Source of the DNA: Entomortierella parvispora E1425
Taxonomy: Eukaryota; Fungi; Mortierellomycota
Direction of reading: 5' to 3'
DNA: 64,000 nucleotides
Assembly: GCA_020891255.1 (NCBI GenBank)
Contig: BQFW01000003.1
Coordinates: 496,001-560,000 of the forward strand
Of this stretch, positions 36,392 to 47,734 are shown in pieces (position 1 is the stretch's first letter; every line of letters starts with the position of its first letter). The notes under the pieces were generated by a model. The model saw only the letters and a program-made list of their open reading frames with translations, was not told the DNA's origin and did no database searches. The position numbers and the translations under genes were made by a program.

Positions 36392-39113
36392 ATGTCAGCG
36401 CTCAACACTGCCAGAGTCGAGTCTCTTAGGGACAACATCAACCGCCCTACTCGCAAGATCTCCTACCCCAAGAACGCCGATGGCACCCCCGTCTACACCT
36501 CAGAGTTCTTTGGCGAGAACGTCTTTCACCTTCAGCAGATCGCCAAGGCTCTCCCCAAGCCCGCCTATGCCTCCTTCTTGAAGCAGATGCGTGGTCGTCA
36601 GGCCTTGGACCGTGCCACTGCGGATGCTATTGCTCACGCTGTCAGAATCTGGGCTATGGACCGTGGTGCCACCCATTTCACCCATTGGTTCCAGCCCCAG
36701 ACCGATACCACTGCCGAGAAGCACGATGCTTTCTTGTCCTTGAAGTCGACCTTTACCGCTGCTGGAGAGGAGGTAAATGACTCAAAGCTTGAAAGAAAGC
36801 GGCGTACAAAAAAAGGAAAACATGGAGTCTCCAGAGGAAGGGAATAAGCGAGAAAAAGAACAACAGGAATTAGCAAGCAGTTGGTCGATTGCTGATATGA
36901 ATCCGACAATACCAACTCAGAGCAGCAGTTTGTCATGACAGGAGCAGCACCACGAACCCACTCGAAGGAACCGGACAAAAGGGCAGGTCAAAGGAGCGAA
37001 CCCGATCAAAGGAGCAGCAAAGAGAGAATGAGAGAGTGAGCGACGAGTCTGTAGGACAAACATGTGTTTGCTCCCCCCACCTGCAGAAATAGACTCTCAA
37101 TCACCTCTGAGGATGACGATCAATGACAACAAACAACTACAAAGAGTAGAACAGGTCCTGATCCCCTTTGCCCTTTTGCCCTTTGCCCTTTGCCTTCCTC
37201 TCCCTCCACAGGTCACTGCCATCGACGCCTTCTCTGGCTCGCAGCTTCTCCAGGCCGAGCCTGATGCGTCCTCGTTCCCCTCCGGAGGCATGCGCTCGAC
37301 CTTCGAGGCCCGCGGATACACCGTCTGGGACACCACCTCGCCCATGTTCATCCAGGAGGGTCCCCACGGCACCTCGGTTCTTTATATCCCTTCTGTCTTC
37401 ATCTCCTACAACGGTGATGCTTTGGACGAGAAGACCGTCTTGCTTCGCTCCACCGAGCAGATCTCCAAGGCCTGCTGTGACCTCCTCTCCCTTGTCGAGT
37501 CTGTCCCCGTCGGTGCCCAGCCAAAGACCAACCACGTCTTCACCACCCTCGGAACCGAGCAGGAGTACTTCTTGATTGATCGCTCCCTCTACTCTCTCCG
37601 CCCCGATATCAAGACCACCGGCCGTACCTTGGTCGGTAACTTGCCCCCCAAGCATCAGCAGATGGATGACCATTACTTTGGTCGTATCCCCTCCAAGGTC
37701 ATGGCCACCATGTCCGAGGCCGAGTTGGAGCTCTTCCGTCTCGGAGTCCCCGTCAAGACTCGCCATAACGAGGTCGCTCCCCAGCAGTTCGAGTTGGCCC
37801 CCATCTTCGAGGAGGCTTCCTTGGCTGTTGATCACAACTTGTTGACCATGGATGTCTTGTCCAAGGTCGCCCACAAGAACAAGCTCAAGGTCCTTTACCA
37901 CGAGAAGCCCTTCAAGGGCGTTAACGGTTCTGGCAAGCACTGCAACTGGTCCATGTCGACCGATAGCGGCGAGAACTTGTTGGATCCTACCGTCAAGCCC
38001 GAAACCAACTACCGTTTCTTGTTGATCTTGGTCTCTGTCTTGCACGCTGTCCAGCAGCACGGTGCCCTCTTGAGAACCTCGATTGCCTCCTCCTCCAACG
38101 AGCATCGTCTTGGTGCCTGTGAGGCCCCTCCTTCGATCTTGTCCATCTTCTTGGGTCAGCATTTGACCGAGGTCTTGAACTCCATTGAGGAGTCCCGCCC
38201 TATCAAGAACTTCTCCATGCCCGAGATCCAGACCATCAAGTTGGGTGGTACCGCTTTGGATGTCAAGGTCGCTTCCCTTCCCAGCATTGCCCGTGATTTG
38301 ACCGACCGTAACCGTACCTCTCCTTTTGCCTTCACCGGTAACAAGTTTGAGTTCCGTGCCGTTGGTTCCAAGCAGTCTCCTTCTTTCCCCGTCACCATCT
38401 TGAACGCTGCCGTGGCCTCTGCCTTGCAGGATGTCTCTGCTGCTTTGCGTGAGCAGATGGGATCCAAGCCCTTCCCCTCCGATGCTGACAAGTTGGCTGT
38501 CATCAAGCAGTTCATTGTCAAGACCAAGAACATCCGCTTCGAGGGTGATGGTTACTCTGATGCATGGATCGCCGAGGCTGAGAAGCGTGGATTGCCCAAC
38601 ATCAAGACCTGCCCCGAGGCCTTTGAGCAACTGATTGCCCCCCACCACCTGTCCATGTTGACCAAGCTCGGTATCTTCTCCAACAGCGAGTTGACCTCGA
38701 GATACTTCATCATGAACGAGCGTTACGCCAAGGATCTCTTGGTCGAGGCCAACACCATGCGCACCCTCTTGGCCCAGCAGATCTTGCCCGCTGCCTTTGA
38801 ATACCGTGGCTCCTTGGCCCAGTCCGTTCAGTTGTTGAACGCGATCGAGGGTGAGTCCCAGTCGCCCGAGCTCGAGGCCTTGAAGGCCTTGACGCCCGTG
38901 GTCAAGAAAATGCAGGCTGCCATTGTTGGTTTGGATGAGGCCATTGCCAAGTTGCACACTATCCATGACGATGCCGTCGCTGAGGCCAAGGCTGCCAGCG
39001 ACTTTATTGTCCCTGCTTTGCAGCATGCCCGTATCATTGCTGATCAGCTCGAGGTCTTGACCGCCGACAAGTACTACCCCATCCCTCGTTACAGCGAGCT
39101 CCTTTGGTTCTAA
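36392..39113 (+). CDS. Glutamine synthetase type III (GSIII/GlnN-like)
   Basis: GSIII signatures GATHFTHWFQP..TAEKHDAF, EPDASSFPSGGMRSTFEARGYT, GTEQEYFL, HNEVAPQQFE, EKPFKGVNGSGKHCNWS, RLGACEAPP and DRNRTSPFAFTGNKFEFRAVGS. One intron at 36773-37211. Strong C/T-ending codon bias. Confidence 0.96.
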
Positions 39114-39465
39114 AGGGGATAAAAAATTGCTTTCCCCTGTCTTCTTTCCCCCAGTCATTTCATCCGCATCGAACAACAAAACTCAGAAAAAAAAAATGTA
39201 GCATAGAGAACCCTTCCAACCTTTTCATCTAGATAGAAAATAAAAAATGTTTCCGTCAAACGCTCGAGTGCATCCTGGTTTTTATTGCCTGTCATCATGG
39301 TATGGGGGGAGTCAGATAAATATATTTTGGTGGCAGGGACTTGAAGTTGTAGAAGTACAATTGGGTTTTCTGTGTCATGAAAGATTTTTTTTTTCTCTTT
39401 TTCTTTTCTTTTTCTGAAGCATGTAACGATATGGGTAGTGGAAGGAAGAAGATGAAAAAAGTGAC

Positions 39466-42400
39466 TTAGGAGCTAGAAGCTACCTCTTCCATCGCCATCT
39501 CGGGCAATGGGCTGGACGTAGTCATCTCGCCCGCAGTAGAAGTAGGTTCAGACATGGTCTCATCCTTGATCCCAGCCGCCGTGGCAGTCGTGTCCTTTGA
39601 AATCTTGGACTCGCCCGTTTCAGGACGCGACTCGACCAGAGTCATATCTCTGTCAGGTTGCTGCTGCTGTTGATGTTGTTGTTCTCGCTCCTGCTGATGT
39701 TCTGGGCGAACGCGATCCTCATGAGGCTCGTCTTCATCCATTCCAGAAGGAGATTCGAACCGGTTAGCCAGCTCTGTGGCCACAAGAGGTCGGCTCCCTT
39801 CATCCTCCTTGTCTTGCCCTTCACCCACCACCCCTTCCTCGCCCTCCTCCTCTTCCTCAACAGACGCGGGCGTCTTCTTGGGAGGACGCGTCCATTCTCC
39901 AGAGCCAGAGGTCGTCACCGACACCATCGTGGGTGCACTGCTGGCCGCACTGCTCAGACTGGTGGTGCTCATCATACTATTGCCTGTGCTGCTTCGACTG
40001 GAGGCAACCCCGTTGGTCCCAGCAGCAGCTCTAGAGCCCTCCTCTTGGTCCGCTGAGGCTGCCGTTGCTGAAGGTGGCTGCTGCTGTTGGCCATCAAGAG
40101 CCGACATGGACGATGACGCCGAGTTGGAAGACGCTGATCCCTTTTGTCCACATCCAGTGCCGCCGCCCCGCCCCAAATGACGTCTCAGTGCATCCGGTCG
40201 GATGAATTGGTGATGACAGAACGAACACTCGAATGGTTTGATGCCTGTATGCAACTTTGCATGCCGGTTGCGATCATGCAGGCGTGAGAACGCCAGCGCA
40301 CAAGTATCACATTTGTACGGCCGTTCCGCCGTGTGCACCCTCATATGGGCCCTCAAATTGAACGGCCGCGTAAAACTCTTGTGGCAGTTGGGATGAGGGC
40401 AGGTATGGCTGGCCTGACTAGGACGACGGCCTCCTGCGCCAGCACCACTCTTGCCATTCTCATCCATATCCTTGTGCAAAGACTCATCCCCGTCCACTGG
40501 GAACGACTGCGACATATCTCTGTAGTCCATGCGACCCGTAGACGCCTGTCCCGACACAGATCGGTGGCGATCAATGGGAAGCGCAGGTCCTTGCATTTCA
40601 TAGTCCTGTCGTTCGTTCTTGTGCGCCTCAAAAGTCCTGGCCGTCTTGACTGCCGGACCGTCGTGAGACGATCCATGGTAGGAACCCGATCGCTTCTGAC
40701 CTCCAGGGATATGCTTGCTGGGGGCAGTCTGTCGTCCAGATTCGGTGCCGGGGGCCGGTGCCTGAGAGTTGGGACTATGACCCCGTGGCTGAGAACCTCC
40801 CTCTTGGTAAGGGTATGGTACAGGAAGATTCAGGCCAAACGAGGGTAGCATCCGATCGGATCGACGCTCCCCACCTTGTGATCCTTCATAGTGACCATGG
40901 TCATAGGACGACGGTGAAGTGGGATAACGACCATGTGCGGATGAAGATGACTGCTGTCGAAGCATGGGAGAGGTCGGAGAGCCTGCCATAGCGGATCCAG
41001 GCGACGAAGTGGGAGAGTGAGGCGGTGGCGGGTGATGGTACGATCCACTGTGGAAGGTAGGCGAGGGCCCTGGTCGGTGAGCCCCTTGATGACGATGATG
41101 GTCAGGTTCGAGTCGAATGGAAGGAAGGGAGCCAGAGCGCGAAGGAGGAACGTCCACTGGGCGCAGATACCTTCTTGGCCCAGACGACTGCCCTCCGTTC
41201 TCACCATTCCCAGCAGGATAGTGTGTTCCAAACGACTCCCGGAGAGGCGAGGGCGAGCGTGCTGGCGCTCCATGATGCATAGGTGCATGCATGCTCTGTG
41301 ATACTTGACGAGGGCGGGCATGGTGCGGTGAAGACGCCTGCCCATGGTGCTGTTGCTGGTGTTGTTGAGGTGGGGATGAGATCATGGGTCGCGAGTGTTC
41401 GTGTTGTTGAGCTTGAAGAGTCTGAGAAGAATCCCGGTGAAGATCCACTGGCGCCTGCGCCCTGGGAGCACTATTGTCTCCCGACATGGACTTTACATAG
41501 ATATTCCCGCCAGAACCTCTCGCCTTCTTGGCGCGGCTGTATGCCTCGTGAATGTCATCTTTCAGATTGCTCGTGTTGATACTGCCACCGTAGCCCTCGT
41601 GTGTAACCGTTGGTTTGGGTGCAGATCGTAAGGCTTCCAGTGCACGCTCAGAGTTGGGATGGTACATGCATACAAACTCTGTGCTCGCCTCCGGGTTGTC
41701 TTCAAACAAGAGTCGAGGAAGTGCTTGGTGGCAGTTGGGTACTTTGCCCGAAGCACCGTGACTCTCCAAAAGCTCGTAGAGGGTTCGTTGGTTTGTCCAG
41801 GCAGCATAGTGCAATGCTACAAGAATAAATATAAAATAGAATAAATATCGGTTCCACATTCATCTCTACGATTGATGTCTTGTTTTTGATGCAACCCTTA
41901 CCAGTAAACCCGTTCCAGTCAGGCGAGTTGATTTCGATGCGTTCTTGGAGAAGATACTGAACCAACAAGTTCATCTCGAGCATCACCGCCAGATGCAGCA
42001 TTGTATGACGTTGGTCATTTTGCATCGAGATGTGTTGAAGGTCCTCTGCATTCTTGATGGTGCTCAAGATGGCAGATTCAAGCGCCTTGCAGGACTGAGT
42101 GGTCGGCGACACTGACTGAGTTACGCTCAGGGACATCATCTCGGCGACTAGGTGTTCCAACTCTTCATCATCCTCCAGGCTCTGCTCCAATGACAATGGG
42201 CTGTGGCTGGACATGCGCCTGGGGCTGGAACCCATAGGTTTGAGTCGAGGTTGTCCAAGACTTGAACGTTGTGAAGTCGAAATGTCGGAAGAGTCCCTAC
42301 GCATGCTTCCTCTGCGAACTACCCGAGTGGCTCTGGATCGCATGTCACCCAGACCACCAAGCCGTTGCTCCACCTTTTCCGATACATCAGAGGACGTCAG

Positions 42401-45400
42401 CCCGGTTCCTGATCGGTGCGGTCCCTCGTCATAGTCGTCACGCCCCATCACCAGGATTTCTGCGACCAACTCTGCCAGTTGCAGTCCTCGCTTGTCTGCA
42501 TATGAAAACTTTGTATCCGGTGCGGCTCTACCCACCGATGACAATTTCGAGTGAAAGCCCACGGAAACTACAGTAGGCTGAATTCTAGGAGGTGTACGAC
42601 AGATCAGCACATCCGAGTGCAGCACGGTGACATTGGTTGCAGGCACAGAGTCAAAGTAAGGGGTCAATCCGGCTAAACAGCGACAGCAAGCGACAACAAA
42701 GGAAGGTTAAAGACAACATCTAGGGAAAGCAAAATCAAGCTTTCCTCAATGAATGCCACTTACATCTGAATCCAGAGCCAAACACTGTCACTTCAGTGCC
42801 ACCCAGCATGTCACCACTATCAGGGATGATCTTGGAGATTTTGGGAGTCACAATGGTCTCGTTCCAGGACTTTGACTTTACAGGCCCATAACCAGAATGG
42901 CCAGCCAATCTCGAATCAGGCATGGATGAACTATGGGCAGGGCCCGGGAACGATCCCGACCCTTGGAATGATGAGGATCGACCACTGTATGAATCTTTGT
43001 GTTGTTGTCTGGAATCTGCAGAGGCGGCAGGTTCCTGGATCCTTGGAAGGTGGTCAGAAGGGTAGGATCTTGGGCTGTCATACGAGTTGAACGATTGATG
43101 GTGTGGTGTATGTTGGGAGCGAGCTGCAGGCGAAGACTGCGCATGGTCGTGACTGGAGCCATAAGCTCGATCCATGGGCTCGTCGGGTATAGAATCTGGT
43201 TCCTCAGAATAAAAGTTTTGGCCTCCCATCACCATGGATGGACCCGCCGTACCGAGCTCATCCTCTGGACGGGTCACGCGAGGCTTGGCCTCTCCCTTAT
43301 CTTCACTGAATGAAGCCATGCCCTTGTTCTTATGGTTTCCCGTAAAAAGAATGTCCTTTGTCCTGCAAGAGCCCACGCGGATCTTGCTCCCATTAATGTA
43401 TTGCATCAGACTGAACTTGAAGCTGTTAATAGAATAACCAAGGAACATCACGAGGTTAGTGTTTGTCTATCGCCATTTTTCTGCTGCATGTACCATGCGT
43501 CATTTGCAATTTTTGGAACTTACAAATAACGGTCATTGTTGCCGCGTTTGTCGTGGTGTGTGGATGAACAAAGGACCTTGGCCATGACTGTCGATGTACC
43601 ATGAGTAAAATCGACAATGTGGTCCGATACACAAAATTGAAGAATCTGTCCAGGATCGACATTGTCGCCAGCCGTATGAGACTTTGCTGGTGCACCAGGC
43701 CCTGTTGAAGGCTTTCGTACCTTTCCTTCGACCTAAATGGACAGATCCGATGGGTGAAGATGACGTCAGCATCCGAGAGACTGGGGCTCTATTCTCAGCA
43801 ACGAAACATATAGAATCTGCGGGTTACCTTATGACAGCACTCCGGACAGGCTTGGACAATCGCTTCAGAGCTCGCCAAATGAACAGTAACCTCCAGATAA
43901 AAGTGCGTTTCCGGATCGCCAGGAGGAACGGAGGGTGCATCATGTGGCTCTGGTGCTGTGCCCACAGACGCGTCTGTTGCTGCAGCGCCATCTCCTTGCT
44001 TAGACTTCAAGTGGCTCTGTATCATGCGCCTTGGGAGGATGAGTGACATTGGGCTTGAAAATGCATCTGCAGCCGCTGTCCTCAAGTCTAGTTTGATTAG
44101 GAATTGTTGGCCTGTCCTGAACGAATTTGTGTCCTGATTACGCTTGTGGAAGGTGGCGACAGTCAGATGGTATTGTCCCGAGGTGAGCACAGCCGGTGAC
44201 GACAAGGCAGGACCACTAGATGTTTGAATGAATGGAGGGAACGGGGCCACAAGAAGAGAGAAGGGGACACAAAAGGGTTAGTTCATCATGCACCCCGAGC
44301 ATTGTGCCACCATCGATTGAGGGGAAAGGGAAACAAGGGGCAGGTGGCGGGTCTCAATGTAGCTGCCGAAGGGTCTCGCGCTTCTGAATTTGCTCGCTCT
44401 TTGTTGATGGTTTCCTGTTGTTTTCTTTGGAGCACGCCCACATGTGCGCAAGCGAAAGGCAAAGGGAAGGCTGAACAGAAGGAGGAGGGCTCGGGCCTTG
44501 GCACGCACGCTCACACATTCAAACAGACACACGCACACACGTACAAACGCATTGAGGGCTGAAAGCAAACAGAGAGTTTGCACCCGGGCGGGCTGAACTC
44601 AGCGGACCGCCTTTAGTGCAATTTGTCCCCTCCCGTGCTCCTTCTCCAGCGCCTGCACCCCTGGGAAGCCCATGATGAACCTTCTTTTCCTTTTTTTTCT
44701 CTTTCTAGTAAAAGGACACGTACCGGAAGCTGGTGGAGCTGCCGCTGTTTGCTCGACTGACAGGACCGTTGTTGTGGCTGTTGTGATGGGTTGAGGGAGG
44801 GTGATGGTGGCTCGCGGTGCTGCTGCCGCTGTTGCTGCGGTGGCTGTGATGATCCGACAACGTGTCCATTGATCCCGAAGAGCGCGGTCCTAAAACTGAG
44901 GTCACTGGTCCTGATGCTGGCGTGGCTGCCAGTGCCGATGACGACGAGGCATGGTGCTGGGGGTGGTGATCATCTGGCAGTGAAGCTTCGCTCATCAAGG
45001 GGCTATTGACCAGAAAAAGGGCCTCTTCCGGCGGGAGGACAAATGATGACGGTGCGGAAGCCTCCAACTAGACACACCAAAAAAAGAAAATAATCATGCC
45101 AAGGGAGAGAACGGTTAGCGTAGGGCCAATGGTCCACAGGATTCGGGCGACAGAGCGACCCAGGGGGAGCGGGGCGAAGGCGTAAAAAGGAGGCTGAAGG
45201 CAAAGAGGCGGCTCGTTCTTCCTTTTCATATTCCTGTTCGTTTGTTGTTGTTACTATTGTTGGTGTTGTCCAGGACATTGCCCAATGTGTGTTCACTGTG
45301 CTCTCTCGCTTTACATGGCGGATGGTCCATTCACTCCCGAGCAGCATCAAGCTGACGCAAAAACATTCAGTAACATAAATGGGGGGAGGTGGGATCCGTC

Positions 45401-45742
45401 CATAATGGGGACCATGCTCCTGTACATAAGCGAGAATGAGTGCACAGCTAAGGATCGTAGGGGTGTCCACGGTGATGTATCCATGTGCTGAGCTCGGTTG
45501 CCGCTTCTTGAATGCATTCACACAAAACAGGTGTGCTCAGATCGCCATCCACTGGTCCACTGCTGGTCAACATAAGGAGATAGGGCATGAATAGAGAAGA
45601 GTTGGTCACATACGGTCTGGCTTGCCTGCTGGCTGGGGGAGTAAGCATTGGGCGAGTTGGCCTTGTAGGGAGGGGCGGGATTGGACCGCGAGTTGCCTTG
45701 TTGCAGGCGATGTTCACCCGGAGGAGGGTTGTCTGAAGCCAT
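39466..45742 (-). CDS. Spt23/Mga2-like transcription factor (N-terminal DBD-like domain, IPT/TIG, 2 ankyrin repeats) fused to three C2H2 zinc fingers; 5' exon structure uncertain
   Basis: Exons give CPECCHK|VEGK..QILQFCVSDHIVDFTHG..KVLCSSTHH, DILFTGNHK, IPT (TPKISKIIPDSGDMLGGTEVTVFGSGF) and ANK (HTMLHLAV; GFT|ALHYAAW), then fingers FTRPFNLRAH, FSRLHDRNRH and FIRPDALRRH. Introns identified: 44723-44216, 43827-43733 and 41901-41817. First exon (45742-45614) is inferred. Confidence 0.82.
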
Positions 45743-46069
45743 TTTGAATATATCGTTCAATCAGTTTGAGGCAGTCAATCAGTCTAGAAAAGATCAATCG
45801 CCCAAAAATGAAGAGATGAGGCAGGTGACAGGGGAAGAGGAGACTCGAGGAAGATGGCAAGGTGAGATGAGAGGGAAAGAAGAAAGTGAACGAGCAAAGA
45901 GGGGGCAAAGAGGGGTGGAGAAATAATGAAGAGAAGTGGAAGAGGGGTGCAGGGAAAAGAGGGCGAGAGCAAAGAGAGAAGGTGGGAAACAAACGAGAAC
46001 GGACGATCGGCTAGAGTCAAAGAAGGCCCATGGAGAAAAAGAGATGAATGAAATGGATTGCAGATGAAG

Positions 46070-46150
46070 AAAAGAGAGAGAGAGAGAGAGAGAAAGAGAA
46101 GAGGGGGGATAAGAAGAAGAAGAAGAGGAAGAAGAAGCAAGCAAGCAAGC
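46070..46150. repeat. Compound microsatellite (GA)n/(AAG)n/(AAGC)n
   Basis: Visible simple repeats in the divergent intergenic region. Confidence 0.85.
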
Positions 46151-46383
46151 AAGAAGCAAGACGAGGACATCCCATCCATCCCATCGGTGCCTTGTCCGTC
46201 GTGGCGGGTGTGTCTCTGCGGCAGAGTGTGGCGGTGTTTCTCCGCCCTCGACTCTTTTTTTTTTCGTCTTACTTTCCCTCACTCGCTTGAATCCCCCCTC
46301 TCCTCTGCCAGAGTGCCCATATCCTCATAACAGACAACAACCCCGGGGAACAGGTTCGATTGCCCCACCCTCACTCTCTCTCT

Positions 46384-46422
46384 CATACACACACACACAC
46401 ACACGCGCGCGCGCGCGTGCGC
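46384..46422. repeat. Alternating pyrimidine-purine tract, (CA)n followed by (CG)7
   Basis: catacacacacacacacacacgcgcgcgcgcgcgtgcgca, 39 bp of uninterrupted alternation. Confidence 0.9.
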
Positions 46423-46548
46423 AGATACACAGACGGACAGGTCTCCTTGAAGGACACGACAAGGGAAAAAAAAATAATAAAAAACGACAACAACGCCCCA
46501 CCCCGACTCAGCCTCAAACCAACAGATTTTACTCTCTTTCTCTGCTGG

Positions 46549-46584
46549 GTCTCTCTGTCCGTCTCTCTGTCCGTCTCTCTGTCC
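46549..46584. repeat. 12-bp tandem repeat (GTCTCTCTGTCC)x3
   Basis: Read directly from the sequence. Confidence 0.8.
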
Positions 46585-47680
46585 GTCTGTCTGGTCTGTC
46601 TTGTCTGTCTTCACACTGCGCTGCACTTTACCCAACCCGACAAACGGCGCCATTTTAGACCCGTTCCTGATCCAGTCTCTCCACTCCATCTCCCTCGACC
46701 TCTCTCACCTCAGTCATCTTCGTCTTGGCAAGACCTGGCTTTCTCCCTCAGCCGTCGCAGCTCATCAGAGCAAACACGACAGCCTTCCACAAGGGTCTCG
46801 CCTTGTCCCACCCTGCCCTTCCTCGCCCGTCATTCGAGAACAAAAGAGAATCAAACGCGCGCACTTTGACTCTCTGGGGGGATCGACCTCTTCTCCTATT
46901 GTTGCTTCGCCAAAACAAAACCCTCTTTTCCCTCCATCCAATCGATTTTATCGGCGTGTTTTGTTGGTCCGGTTCCCTTGTCGATCCATGACGCGGCTCT
47001 CTACCTCGTTCAGGAACAACTTTGGCTATGGTGGTCTGTCACCGAAACATAGAGAAAATAGCCTGCAGGCCAATTTCGCCCTTCTGTCGGGAGAAGCGGC
47101 CAGCCCATTCTCCCAGCAGGATGAAAGATTAATAAATAAATTGCTACCGTGCCAGCCGGTTGGCTTGGCTAAAAGATGGGTCGATCCCATTCCTTAAGAT
47201 TGTATGAGGACTTGACCGGGCTCTCAACAAACCGACCATGGTTGCTGTCTGTTGTCCTGGCACAAAAGGCAAGCCAGACCACAACAGTTACAAAAATAAA
47301 TCGAGAGCCACGCCTCTTCTGTGCGGGTCCAAGAGAACAGAAAGAATTTGAAAGATACGATCGCGTTTTTTTGTTCCTTCTGTGCTGTCACACCAAGGGA
47401 GGGTCGCAAGACTCGGCGCGTCGCTTTCTTGCGTTGTTTCCCCCCCCCCCCCCCTTTTTTTTTTATCGCAGGTTGGGCTGGTTGGAGTACAACCTGTGGT
47501 TGCAGCCTCTGTCTAGCCTGGCCTGGCCTACATTGCCTTTGCACAGCACGCGCGAAAGAGGGAAGACAACCCTGGGCAGTCATGAGTCCTGCAACACAAG
47601 ACAAGACACCAGAAGCGTGTCTCTGGGTCATGCCGACTTTCACGAAGAACAGTGACAAAGAGGGTCGCGGTGACGATGAC

Positions 47681-47734
47681 AATGATAATGATAATGATAA
47701 TGATAATGATAATGATAATGATAATGATAATGAT
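47681..47734. repeat. Hexamer microsatellite (AATGAT)x9
   Basis: Nine perfect copies read directly. A 72-nt homopurine tract follows at 47750-47821. Confidence 0.92.

Noticed and set aside
37137-39179. 680-aa antisense ORF opposite GSIII
   Set aside because: It is in codon register with the sense gene, whose bias avoids TTA/CTA/TCA (the antisense stops). It is a shadow ORF with no recognisable motifs.
41817-41859. Hydrophobic stretch MWNRYLFYFIFILV at the start of ORF 39466..41859, resembling a signal peptide or Mga2-type TM
   Set aside because: It is the T-rich 3' end of the intron 41901-41817. The exon starts at ALHYAAW, completing an ankyrin repeat.
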